Shown here piece by piece: positions 9,766-18,879 of a stretch of DNA of 64,000 nt. Below the pieces are notes generated by a model that was not told where the DNA came from, searched no databases, and was given only the letters and a program-made list of their open reading frames with translations. Within the stretch, counting starts at the first letter, position 1; each line of letters starts with the position of its first letter. A program made the translations under genes and the position numbers. This DNA comes from Armatimonadota bacterium (GTDB lineage Bacteria > Armatimonadota > UBA5829): NCBI GenBank assembly GCA_029907315.1, contig JARYME010000002.1, positions 1,581-65,580 of the forward strand. Reading direction: 5' to 3'.

Positions 9766-10841
9766 ATTCGACTCCTTTCGTCGGTATATAGAGCGTTTAT
9801 CGTTTGCGTTTTTGGTATTGATGTGGATTGTCTCACAACCAGCTCAACAGGCAAACAAACTTTCTCCTGCGTGCTTCTGCCGAGTCTGATTGCCTCGTTG
9901 AGAATTTGCACGCATTTTGCTCCAACTTGGTCAGCGGGCACACGCACGGTTGTCAGGGGCGGTTCCTCGAGTGATGCTATCTCATCATCGTCAAAACCTA
10001 CGATGCTGATCTGCTCGGGCACCTTTAGGCCGTATTCTCTAAGGGCGCCTATAGCTCCATGTGCTGCGCGGTCGCTGCCGGCAACCAAGGCGGTGAATTC
10101 ATCTCCTCTACAGAGGAGTTCCCTCGCTGATCTTTCGCCCATACGAACGGCATCTGCGCCGTCTTTACCCACAGGCGGCAGCGGTAACAAATTTGCTTCG
10201 CGCATCGCGTCGCAGTAGCCTTGGTAGCGCCGCCGGTACCACGGCAGGCTTGTGTCTCCAATGAAAACTATCTGCCTATGACCCAGAGCAAGCAAATGTT
10301 CTGTAGCTCTTCGTGAACCTTCCTGCTCATCGACATATACTGCGCTCCTGGGAGCGGGTTTGTCGTCGTTTATCAGGTTAGTTCCGAACACCACATACGG
10401 AAGCTCAAGCTGCTCCATGGCCTCGACTATGTTGGCGTAGTTGGTGCCTGCCAAGATCACTCCATCGATCAATCCCCGCGCGGCAAGCAGCTGCGGAAGC
10501 CGGATATCGGAAGGTTGAGTGTCCGCGTCGTAGGTGCAGCAGGCGTATACAATTTGGATACCTATCAATTCGGCTTGCTCTGCTGCTCCTTGGAGCACTT
10601 GCCCGTGGACGGCGTGTGCAAACGGCCGGTTGGAAAGCAGGAAACAAATCATCCCCGAATTGCCGTGTGCGAGAAGCCGCGCTCGAAAGTTGGGTTTGTA
10701 ACCAAGCTTTTGGATGCTCTGTTTGACCCGTTCGATCGTTTGCGGGTTGACTCTCCAGGGCTCGTTCAGCACCCTGGATACGGTTGCCGTTCCGACTCCG
10801 GCATCAGCAGCTACTTCGCGAATTGTGATGGGTTTAGGCAT
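9762..10841 (-). CDS. LacI family transcriptional regulator
   Basis: N-terminal HTH ITIREVAADAGVGTATVSRVLN followed by a periplasmic-binding-protein-like sugar-binding domain. Size is 359 aa. Confidence 0.85.
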   Translation of the reverse strand: MPKPITIREVAADAGVGTATVSRVLNEPWRVNPQTIERVKQSIQKLGYKPNFRARLLAHGNSGMICFLLSNRPFAHAVHGQVLQGAAEQAELIGIQIVYACCTYDADTQPSDIRLPQLLAARGLIDGVILAGTNYANIVEAMEQLELPYVVFGTNLINDDKPAPRSAVYVDEQEGSRRATEHLLALGHRQIVFIGDTSLPWYRRRYQGYCDAMREANLLPLPPVGKDGADAVRMGERSARELLCRGDEFTALVAGSDRAAHGAIGALREYGLKVPEQISIVGFDDDEIASLEEPPLTTVRVPADQVGAKCVQILNEAIRLGRSTQEKVCLPVELVVRQSTSIPKTQTINALYTDERSRI

Positions 10842-10857
10842 ACGACCGACGGGTCTG

Positions 10858-10871
10858 TGGAAACGATTTCA
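10858..10871 (-). promoter_or_regulatory. cre/LacI-family operator-like palindrome in the 5'UTR of the LacI gene
   Basis: TGGAAACGATTTCA matches TGWAANCGNTNWCA with one mismatch on either strand. It lies 16 nt upstream of the LacI ATG. Confidence 0.45.
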
Positions 10872-10928
10872 TGAACCGCGGTCAATTCTACATCTCGCGA
10901 GACGAGGCGGTCAAGAAGTTGCCGCACC

Positions 10929-11810
10929 TCACGTTTTCAGGCGCGATGCGATTGCTCTAATGTGATCGGGCGTCGTACCGCAGCAGCCGCCGACGAGTCT
11001 TGCCCCGGCCTCTACACACCTGAGAACACCCTGGGCAAAATCGTCCGGCTCAAGTTTGAAGATAACCCTGCCGCCGACTAACTCAGGTTTTCCGGCGTTT
11101 GGTTCAGCCGCCAAGGGTAGCTCTGTGAGATCTCTCATCTGCTGAATTATTTTGCTTGCCTCGATAGGGTCGACAGTTCCGCAGTTTGTGCCAATGACAT
11201 CTGCCCCAGCCTTGGCCAGCTCAGTTACTGCTTTCTCTATCGTGTCGCCCATCATGGTCCGAAATCCATTAGGCGTGGGATCAAACGAGATACAAGTTAT
11301 AACCGGAAGACCTGTTGTCTGCTTCGCAGCGCTGGTCGATATCGCCGCTTCTCTTACGTCGGTCATCGTTTCGATAATGATACAGTCCACGCCGGCGTCC
11401 ATAAGTAATTTCGCTTGTTCGGCTGCATTCTCAAAAAACTGTTCCTCAGTGTAATCGCCCAGCGGTTCAAGAAACTGGCCGGTCGAGCCCATATCGCCAC
11501 ACACGTAACAGTTATCGCCTGCCGCGTTTCTGCACAGTTCAACACCCTTGCGGTTGATTTCCTCGAACTCATCTTCCTTGCCCGCGTGTCGCAGGTAGAT
11601 TCTGTTAGCTGTGAGAGTATTGGTTAACAGTATATCTGCTCCTGCATCTCGGTAAGCCGCGTGAATTTGCGAGACGATTTCGGGACACAGCAGGTTTGCC
11701 ATCGGTCCGGGCTCACCTCCATGCGCAGCGATCTGGGTTCCGGTTGCCCCGTCGAAAATAAGTATCTTCCCGTTTGTTAACGCTTCGTAGAAGCTTATCA
11801 TGCTGTTCAC
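10929..11810 (-). CDS. homocysteine S-methyltransferase family protein (Hcy-binding domain only)
   Basis: N-terminal ILIFDGATGTQI and C-terminal GGCCGTTPDHIRA motifs of the S-methyl_trans (MetH N-domain/MmuM) family. Size is 293 aa. Confidence 0.75.
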   Translation of the reverse strand: MNSMISFYEALTNGKILIFDGATGTQIAAHGGEPGPMANLLCPEIVSQIHAAYRDAGADILLTNTLTANRIYLRHAGKEDEFEEINRKGVELCRNAAGDNCYVCGDMGSTGQFLEPLGDYTEEQFFENAAEQAKLLMDAGVDCIIIETMTDVREAAISTSAAKQTTGLPVITCISFDPTPNGFRTMMGDTIEKAVTELAKAGADVIGTNCGTVDPIEASKIIQQMRDLTELPLAAEPNAGKPELVGGRVIFKLEPDDFAQGVLRCVEAGARLVGGCCGTTPDHIRAIASRLKT

Positions 11811-11848
11811 TCCCTCTGTGTCCTGTTGTCAATGCCGAAAGTATAAGA

Positions 11849-11877
11849 GGGATGCCGTGCGTTGTCAAAAGGTCGGG
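11849..11877 (-). promoter_or_regulatory. sigma70-like promoter (TTGACA-17-TATACT) for the Hcy methyltransferase gene
   Basis: Minus-strand sequence TTGACAacgcacggcatccctctTATACT sits upstream of an AGGGAG RBS and the ATG. Confidence 0.4.
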
Positions 11878-11999
11878 AGTGCGCGTAGCAGATGGGGCAA
11901 ATACTCCGTACTCTTAAGGTTGCTCACTGTCAGGTTTTGCAGTCGCGGTGCGAGGGGAATACTTTGACGTAAACCAATCGTCGTCAACTGAGGTGGGAA

Positions 12000-12629
12000 A
12001 TGAACGTCAATGTCTTGATTGTATTCTACAGCCGCTATGGAAATACCAGACTGCTTGCCGACGCCATTGCGGAAGGCGCTCAGCAAGCGGGGGCAGATGT
12101 GAGGGTGCGCCGCGTTGCCGACTTGGCTCCCGAAAACATTATGCGCCAAGATCAAGATTGGTGGTCGGCCCGTGCGCAGATGTCTGAGCTCTACTCAGAG
12201 CCCACAGATGAGGATCTGTTGTGGGCAGATGCGATAGTAATCGGCTGTCCAACCAGATTTGGTTCCCCTCCGGCTGAGTTGAAGCTTTTCCTCGACAAGT
12301 TGGGCCCTCTTTGGTTTCAGGGCAAGTTGGTCGACAAGGTTGGCTCTGCTTTTGTTACCACCGGAACTGTCCACGGCGGCAATGAGATGACTGTGCATTC
12401 TCTGCTTACGACAATGATGCACTTCGGAATGATTATCGTTCCGCCGGGATACGCTGATACATCGATGTTTGCTGCAGGTGCTCCATATGGAGCTAGTGCA
12501 GTCACCGGTCCAGAAAGCGACAAACCGCCGACTGAAGTAGACCTTGCTGCAGCGCGCTTCCAAGGCAAACGCACCGCTGAACGTGCTCTTATGCTCAAAA
12601 TCGGCAAAGCCTCGCTGACGTCCGGTTAG
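12000..12629 (+). CDS. wrbA: NAD(P)H:quinone oxidoreductase, type IV (WrbA flavodoxin-like)
   Basis: VLIVFYSRYGNTRLLADAIAEGA FMN-binding start. Size is 209 aa. Confidence 0.85.
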   Translation: MNVNVLIVFYSRYGNTRLLADAIAEGAQQAGADVRVRRVADLAPENIMRQDQDWWSARAQMSELYSEPTDEDLLWADAIVIGCPTRFGSPPAELKLFLDKLGPLWFQGKLVDKVGSAFVTTGTVHGGNEMTVHSLLTTMMHFGMIIVPPGYADTSMFAAGAPYGASAVTGPESDKPPTEVDLAAARFQGKRTAERALMLKIGKASLTSG

Positions 12630-12737
12630 GCTGGAATACACTCTCCGGTGGTGAGTGCCTAAACAGCCTTGTTTAACTGGACTTCCATTAGCACGCTGGG
12701 TAACGGTGAACACACACCGCCGTTTCCCGCTTGCTGC

Positions 12738-12765
12738 TTGACAGAATTTTTGCCGAGAGTAAAAT
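12738..12765 (+). promoter_or_regulatory. sigma70-like promoter (TTGACA-16-TAAAAT)
   Basis: cTTGACAgaatttttgccgagagTAAAATg lies about 55 nt upstream of pseudopilin gene 1. Confidence 0.4.
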
Positions 12766-12818
12766 GCAAGCAGGCGCTTTGCATGCTGTGCAGGCAACTC
12801 TCTGTTCTGAGGTAATAT

Positions 12819-13586
12819 GTGGTGAAGAGGTTAAGGGAAGGATTCACTCTGATAGAGCTTCTCGTCGTAATAGCCATAATTGCGATCCTTGCGGCTATCC
12901 TGTTTCCCGTTTTCGTTGCGGCCTCTGAAAGGAGCAGAGAAGCCTCTTGCAAGTCCAACATGAAGCAGCTTGCTATGGCAGTGCAGCTTTACTTGGGAGA
13001 TTGGGATTATTGCTACCCGGATCACACCAGTGTCGGCTTGCCGTACACGGGCCACGTGTATAACAACTCCATAGGTGGCGAGTGGATTAAGCAGTATGCC
13101 CACAGATACATGTCCGTCACCGCCCTGGGCAAGACTCCTGCCGGTCTGGGCAAAGTGTTGGGAAGGTACCTGAAGAATATGAACGTCTTCAAGTGTCCCA
13201 GCGAATGGAGAAAAAGACCTTCAAACGTGTGGGACTGGCTTCCCTACGAAGAGGGGTCTACCTACTACTACAAACATGCTCTTTGCTTCTATGCGAACTA
13301 TCATCAGAAGCCGCTAAGAATGTCGGCAGCGAAGTACCCCACAAAGGTTGCTATGATGTACGAGGCCGCGTGGCACTTGCGCGACGTTTGGCCGTTCATT
13401 TGGGACGTAAACTATTGGCGGCAGCAAACCGAGCGTCCAGATACCATACGCATCAATTGCATCTTTCTTGATTGCCACGTTGGAACAATCGACCTGCGCT
13501 ACAACGACATCAGCGCCTACGACGGCAACTGGTTTCTGTTTGTTCACGGGTGGGATCCTACGGTAGGAGGGCGCGACAAACTCTAG
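12819..13586 (+). CDS. prepilin-type N-terminal cleavage/methylation domain protein (pseudopilin-like, paralog 1)
   Basis: [25 protein letters not shown] class III signal. C-terminal FLDCHVGT (DGH-like) motif is shared with the other two paralogs. Confidence 0.8.
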   Translation: MVKRLREGFTLIELLVVIAIIAILAAILFPVFVAASERSREASCKSNMKQLAMAVQLYLGDWDYCYPDHTSVGLPYTGHVYNNSIGGEWIKQYAHRYMSVTALGKTPAGLGKVLGRYLKNMNVFKCPSEWRKRPSNVWDWLPYEEGSTYYYKHALCFYANYHQKPLRMSAAKYPTKVAMMYEAAWHLRDVWPFIWDVNYWRQQTERPDTIRINCIFLDCHVGTIDLRYNDISAYDGNWFLFVHGWDPTVGGRDKL

Positions 13587-13633
13587 TCACGTCGGCTTTT
13601 CTCTCGGCGTAGATCACATCACTACTTGGTCTA

Positions 13634-15049
13634 CTAGACTTTAAGTACTCTGATCAGACTCGTGTTACCAGGCACGCCGACTGGTACGCCCGCAATTACC
13701 AAAACAGTATCGCCCTTTTTTATCAGTTTCGCGTCAAGAGACGCTTCGACGGCATTTTCAATGAGCGCATCCGTATCTCGTGCCATCTCGACACATATCG
13801 CTGTAACGCCCCAACACAAGGAAAGCCTTCGCGTTGTTTCTTCGCTCGATGCAGCGGCAATTATTTTGGCTTCAGGCCTGTACTTGGCAACAAGCCTTGC
13901 TGTGGTTCCGCCGTAAGTACAGGTGATTATTGCTGAAACTCGCAGGTCGGCAGACAACTTAGCGGCAGCCTCGCTTATGGCCTCGGTGACGTCTCTAGTA
14001 GGATATTCCAGGCGCTGAGCGCAGCAAGCTCTATATTCCGGCGATCGCTCTGTGCGTTTTGCTATTGCATCCATCATTTGCACGGCTTCGACAGGAAACA
14101 TACCAACAGCCGTCTCGCCTGAAAGCATCGTGGCGTCCGTCCCATCTATGATCGCGTTTGCTACATCAGTCACTTCTGCTCTGGTGGGACGAGGGTTTGA
14201 AATCATTGAGTCGAGCATCTGGGTAGCAGTTATCACTGGTTTGCCCGCGCGATTGCAGTACTTGATAATGGTCTTCTGAATCACAGGCACCTCGTGTATT
14301 GGCAGCTCTATTCCGAGGTCGCCGCGGGCAACCATGATCCCGTCATAAGTTTCGATTATGTCCGCAAGGTTCCTCACAGCCTCAGGTCGTTCGATCTTGG
14401 CGATCACAGGAGCGCTTTTGCCGACCTCGCGCATTACATTCTTCAGAGGCAACAAGTCGTCCGCCGATCGCACGAATGAACTGGCGACCCAGTCTACGCC
14501 CTGCTCCAAACCGAACCGCAGATCTTCCTTGTCCTTATCGGTTATCCCTGGTATCTCGTAACTGACTCCAGGAGCTGTGAACCCCTTATGGGGGTTCAGC
14601 TCCCCTCCGGTCACGACGGTCGTTACTATGTCGGTATCTGTGACCGAGGTAACTTTGAATTCCAGTTTCGCGTCGTCGACGTAGATCAACTGACCTCGCT
14701 TGATTTGCCTGAGGACTTCAGGATAGGGTAGACTGACTTCGTGCTCATTGCCTGCCACCGACCGGATTGTAAAAACGTATTGCTGACCCGGCTGGAGTCT
14801 TACCGGCGGGTTTTCGATGGTTCCTATGCGAATCTTTGGACCAGGCAAATCTTGCAGGATACCGACATTACGCCTGAGTTTCGCGCTTATTTGCCTTATG
14901 AGTCTTATCTTTTCGGCGTGTTCTGCGTGGGTGCCATGGGAGAAGTTCAGACGAGCGACGTCCATCCCAGCCCGTACCAGCTTTTCAATCATTTCGGGCG
15001 ATTCCGTGGCTGGACCTATGGTGCATACGATTTTTGTTCGCCGTGTCAC
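13634..15049 (-). CDS. pyk: pyruvate kinase
   Basis: RRTKIVCTIGPATESPEMIEKLVRAGMDVARLNFSHG motifs. The start is placed at GTG 15049 (VTRRTKIV), which overlaps the upstream stop (GTGA). An ATG at 15169 would add a non-conserved extension. Confidence 0.85.
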   Translation of the reverse strand: MTRRTKIVCTIGPATESPEMIEKLVRAGMDVARLNFSHGTHAEHAEKIRLIRQISAKLRRNVGILQDLPGPKIRIGTIENPPVRLQPGQQYVFTIRSVAGNEHEVSLPYPEVLRQIKRGQLIYVDDAKLEFKVTSVTDTDIVTTVVTGGELNPHKGFTAPGVSYEIPGITDKDKEDLRFGLEQGVDWVASSFVRSADDLLPLKNVMREVGKSAPVIAKIERPEAVRNLADIIETYDGIMVARGDLGIELPIHEVPVIQKTIIKYCNRAGKPVITATQMLDSMISNPRPTRAEVTDVANAIIDGTDATMLSGETAVGMFPVEAVQMMDAIAKRTERSPEYRACCAQRLEYPTRDVTEAISEAAAKLSADLRVSAIITCTYGGTTARLVAKYRPEAKIIAAASSEETTRRLSLCWGVTAICVEMARDTDALIENAVEASLDAKLIKKGDTVLVIAGVPVGVPGNTSLIRVLKV

Positions 15050-15789
15050 TCTTGTATTTTCTCGCGGACTATCGTACCGTCGTAAGTTTCCTGTATTGAA
15101 CTTCCGGGCCGCACAATTAGAAATTCTTTCTCGTTCCAATCGCCGCTTGCAAGGCGAGTGAGCAGGCACGTATCGCCTCGAATTTCAACGTATTCCCAAC
15201 CTCTTTCAGAAGCCAGGTTCTTGGTAAACTCGCGATATGCCTCTATGTTGCCAAGACCGGTGTCTATAAAAGCCGCGCGTGTGTAGTGCTTCATCCACAG
15301 GGATTCCTGTTGAATGAGGAAGCGCGCGTTGTCCTCCCCGTACTTCCTTGCGTATTCTTCAAACCGCTCCTGGGCACGCTTCTCGTATGCATCATCGATA
15401 ATTCCCTGTTGTACCTCGCCGGTCTTGCGCTCGATCCAGCCTGGGCTGTAGTAATACGTTCCGGGATGCTGAGAAAATTCTTTGCTGTAACGTGCACGCG
15501 AGCCAAGAAGCAGCGTTATGCAGTCGTGTGCTCGAGGAATCACAAGAGGAATTTTACCGGCACGAATTCCGACGGTTCCCCGACTGCACAAACCATAACC
15601 AAGTGCGACATAGTCGTATCTTTCATACGGAGTTGCGTCGACCTCTTTCTGTAATTCCTTCCTGAGTTCTTCAGGGGTGTCGTGCAATCCGAATGGCATA
15701 AGTGTCAGGTCTACAATCTGGGGACTGACCGCAGCCGCGAACATAAGCTCGCGAGCGAACACCTCACATGCGATAATTTTGATTCTCAT
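15046..15789 (-). CDS. DUF1638-like protein
   Basis: N-terminal MRIKIIACEVFARELMF and overall pattern resemble DUF1638, a family often found near corrinoid methyltransferase systems. It is translationally coupled to pyk. Confidence 0.4.
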   Translation of the reverse strand: MRIKIIACEVFARELMFAAAVSPQIVDLTLMPFGLHDTPEELRKELQKEVDATPYERYDYVALGYGLCSRGTVGIRAGKIPLVIPRAHDCITLLLGSRARYSKEFSQHPGTYYYSPGWIERKTGEVQQGIIDDAYEKRAQERFEEYARKYGEDNARFLIQQESLWMKHYTRAAFIDTGLGNIEAYREFTKNLASERGWEYVEIRGDTCLLTRLASGDWNEKEFLIVRPGSSIQETYDGTIVREKIQE

Positions 15790-15821
15790 AGCGTCATTCT
15801 AGTTTTTGGCGGTGTAAACCG

Positions 15822-16757
15822 TCAATGCACGAACTCGACTGAGAACGTCACCGAGAAGAACACGGTTTCTCCCGGCTGGAGTATCTTTATAGTGTTTGTC
15901 TTTTCCCAGTCAGAACGGCCGAGTTCCATAAACGCGCCTAATCCTCGCGTCCAGGGTTCGATGCAGACGAAATCAGAGTTGTCGGGAGCGTAGACCACCA
16001 GGAACTCGGTGTTCTGGTCGAAATCAACATGAACGACCCTTCCTGCCTGCTTGTCCCAAAGCGACATTCGTCTGCCAACCAAGCCGGTGTAAAGATTATC
16101 GTAATAAACACCGGGGGCTAGCTTTAGCACGCCGTCAAAATCTTTCATCTCACCGGTCGGCAGAATAGTATCCGGCGTGAGAATAACTTCTTTCGTCGCT
16201 GGCAACTTGATCTCTACGCCTTTCCTTTCCGGATTTGAGACTCTGAAGTACGGGTGATAGCCGAATGCGACAGGCGCAGGTTTGGTGTCGGCGTTAGTAA
16301 TGCGCGCCCACAAGTCTATTCTGTCCGGTTTGAGAGTAAAACTTTGTGTAAGCCGAACGTCAAACGGGTAGCTTTCCTGGTGTACCTCTTCCGGTATGCA
16401 AATGTCGTACACGGAGGTTACCAGAAACGGCGTCTCCATAAGACCGGTTCGTTCGAAATGCGACTTAAACACGATTCCATGGTTCGGCATATGGTAGCGG
16501 TGCTCACTGCCGTAGATGCGGTACGGACCAAGTATGGGTTTGTCACCGGAGAGGTCCCAAGTTCGTCCTACTGCCGGGAATAATATCGGATTCCCTCCGC
16601 CGGTGATCTTGGCAGCCGATTCGGGCAGCTCCGGCGGACAATACATAAGTTCCATGCCGCGCGTGTTCCAAGAGATCAGATTACAGCCCCAAGTGCGCGC
16701 TACAGAGCATCGGCTTCCGTCTATCAGCTGATACTCGTCTATGATGTGCTTTGTCAT
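15822..16757 (-). CDS. aldose 1-epimerase family protein
   Basis: GGNPILFPAVGR and HGIVFKSHF motifs of the galactose mutarotase-like fold. Confidence 0.75.
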   Translation of the reverse strand: MTKHIIDEYQLIDGSRCSVARTWGCNLISWNTRGMELMYCPPELPESAAKITGGGNPILFPAVGRTWDLSGDKPILGPYRIYGSEHRYHMPNHGIVFKSHFERTGLMETPFLVTSVYDICIPEEVHQESYPFDVRLTQSFTLKPDRIDLWARITNADTKPAPVAFGYHPYFRVSNPERKGVEIKLPATKEVILTPDTILPTGEMKDFDGVLKLAPGVYYDNLYTGLVGRRMSLWDKQAGRVVHVDFDQNTEFLVVYAPDNSDFVCIEPWTRGLGAFMELGRSDWEKTNTIKILQPGETVFFSVTFSVEFVH

Positions 16758-16914
16758 TTTAGTGCGCCTCCCGAAAGCGGATAATGCGGCTTTCTATTTT
16801 AGCATGGCTGTAAACTCTACTGGGGTTTTTGTGCGAACGAGCTGCCAGGAATGGACATCATTCGTGATATAATGGCCGCAAACGGCATCAGGCTTCGCGG
16901 GAGGCAATTGCTGC

Positions 16915-17538
16915 TTGGACGAAATACTACGTGCAGTAACGACTTGGATAACGGCTAACGTAGCCAGCCTCGGCTATATAGGCATAGTTATTATGATGGG
17001 TATCGAAAGCGCATGCATCCCACTGCCCAGCGAAGTGATAATGCCATTCGGTGGCTACTTGGTCTACAAAGATCCTGCTCGTTTCAACATCTGGCTGATG
17101 GGGGTTGCCGGAGCGATTGGGTGTGTGTGGGGATCAGTGGTAGCCTACTGGGTCGGTTCGTATGGTGGGCGGCCGTTCATCGAGAAATACGGCAAGTACG
17201 TGCTGATTCGCCGCAAGGATCTTGACAAGGCGGACGCATTCTTCGCTAGATACGGCGACGCCGCAATCTTCATAAGCCGCCTGCTGCCGGTGGTTCGGAC
17301 ATTCATCTCTTTCCCTGCGGGTATAGCGCGCATGCGCTTTGGCAGATTTGTGGTTTATACGTTCTTGGGTTCATTCCCGTGGTGTCTGGGTCTAGCATAT
17401 TTGGGTAAGATACTGGGCAAGCAATGGGATACAAAGCTGCGCGCTTATTTTCACAAGGCAGACGCGCTCATTATTGCCGTCATACTTCTGCTTGTGGTGC
17501 TATATGTATTCCACCACATCAAATCGGAGAGAGAATAA
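16915..17538 (+). CDS. DedA/VTT-domain membrane protein
   Basis: MMGIESACIPLPSEVIMPFGGYLV and ...FISRLLPVVRTFISFPAG are DedA signatures. Confidence 0.8.
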   Translation: MDEILRAVTTWITANVASLGYIGIVIMMGIESACIPLPSEVIMPFGGYLVYKDPARFNIWLMGVAGAIGCVWGSVVAYWVGSYGGRPFIEKYGKYVLIRRKDLDKADAFFARYGDAAIFISRLLPVVRTFISFPAGIARMRFGRFVVYTFLGSFPWCLGLAYLGKILGKQWDTKLRAYFHKADALIIAVILLLVVLYVFHHIKSERE

Positions 17539-17606
17539 CTAGGGATAGAGAAATGGCAGTCACGTCCTGTGACCGCCATTTCCTTACTGCCTCGACCTTG
17601 GGTCGG

Positions 17607-18044
17607 TTACTGCGGTTGTGCGACCTCCTTGCCGAGTCCCGCAATAACATCGTCGGTAAGCGATTCGTTGAAAGCGTCCCAGCGTGACTTTTCCCACACC
17701 TCTATCTTGTCAGTAAGACCTATCAGCCACACACTGTCGCCCGGCTTTATTCCCGCGTGCTGCATTAGCATAGGCGGAATTGCGATTCGCCCCTGTCTGT
17801 CCGGTGTGCATTCGGCTGCTGCACCCAAAAAGAATCTTTCCAGCTTCAGAGCTCGCTCGTCCCAAAGAGATTTCGGCGTAAGAGCCTCTTGGACTCTGGG
17901 CCAAGTCGCCTGTGAAAAAATCCATAGGCAGCCGTGTAGTCCTCTGGTTATGTAGAACTTGTCTCCGAGCTTCTGGCGTAGACGTGCAGGGATAACCGTT
18001 CTTCCCTTGTCGTCTACAGTATGCTCATAAGCACCAGAAAACAT
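17607..18044 (-). CDS. mraZ: transcriptional regulator MraZ
   Basis: MFSGAYEHTVDDKGRTVIPARLRQ and a second DxxGR repeat. Size is 145 aa. Confidence 0.8.
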   Translation of the reverse strand: MFSGAYEHTVDDKGRTVIPARLRQKLGDKFYITRGLHGCLWIFSQATWPRVQEALTPKSLWDERALKLERFFLGAAAECTPDRQGRIAIPPMLMQHAGIKPGDSVWLIGLTDKIEVWEKSRWDAFNESLTDDVIAGLGKEVAQPQ

Positions 18045-18068
18045 CGGTCACTCCGTGAGACCGCTGCT

Positions 18069-18728
18069 TCAGCATGCGATCGTAAACGCCATATCACGTC
18101 GCGACTTCCTCCGCACGAGCCTTGCTTCCAGCAGGCATTTGAGGTTTCGTCGGTCCGCGTCGAGAAGAGCCCGCACGAAATCTCTTGTCTTCTGTTTACA
18201 CTTGTCGGCTGCGCAGCTCGAACAGTAGCGTCGGACGATCGAGTGTGGTCCCTTGCCGCTTATGACTATGGTGGCGGCCGGAAAAAGTTCTTTCTTGCCG
18301 CATATACCACAGCATGGTAGCGGCATCATCTTGCTTCCAGTTACCCGGCAGAGGTCCGAAATCACCTCAAGTGCAACTTCGTCGGCAGGATTCAGGTAGA
18401 AAGTGGAGTCGTAATGACTGCGGATAGCTGCAGCTATCTCATCCAAAATTTCGGTCCATGCAGAGTTGACTTGGACGGCGTAGCTTACCAGTCGGCCTGT
18501 CGACAGCTTGTACGTCTGGGCGACCGATCCGATTTCGGCGAAGAATTCATCGAGCTGTTTTCGTTGCTGTGAAGCGTGTGCCTCTATCGCATAGATCGCG
18601 CGGGCGCCACTCAGCTGATCTTCGAGCATTTGGTTGCATAAGCCACGTTTGGGTTCGAATATCAATCCGCTACCCCCATGCCTACCAAAGTGCCTGAATC
18701 CATGGGGCAATTTACCATTTAATACCAC
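18069..18728 (-). CDS. hypothetical protein with C-terminal zinc-ribbon (CCGICG...CSSCAADKC)
   Basis: ORF lies 24 nt upstream of mraZ on the same strand. The true start may be internal. Confidence 0.45.
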   Translation of the reverse strand: MVLNGKLPHGFRHFGRHGGSGLIFEPKRGLCNQMLEDQLSGARAIYAIEAHASQQRKQLDEFFAEIGSVAQTYKLSTGRLVSYAVQVNSAWTEILDEIAAAIRSHYDSTFYLNPADEVALEVISDLCRVTGSKMMPLPCCGICGKKELFPAATIVISGKGPHSIVRRYCSSCAADKCKQKTRDFVRALLDADRRNLKCLLEARLVRRKSRRDMAFTIAC

Positions 18729-18879
18729 TATCTACCCCAAGATTATAATCACCTACCACTGCTCTGTCAATAGGTCAACAAGTGCAGAGTAGAAACTTTT
18801 TTGCAGCTTTTCGTGCTACAATTGTGCTAGACAAAAACGCGGCACCGCGCTGGCCAGATGCGGTCGACGGAGGAAGAAA

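Noticed and set aside
15050-15169. N-terminal extension of pyruvate kinase from the ATG at 15169
   Set aside because: The extension is non-conserved and Arg-rich. The conserved PK N-terminus begins at the GTG at 15049, which overlaps the upstream stop.
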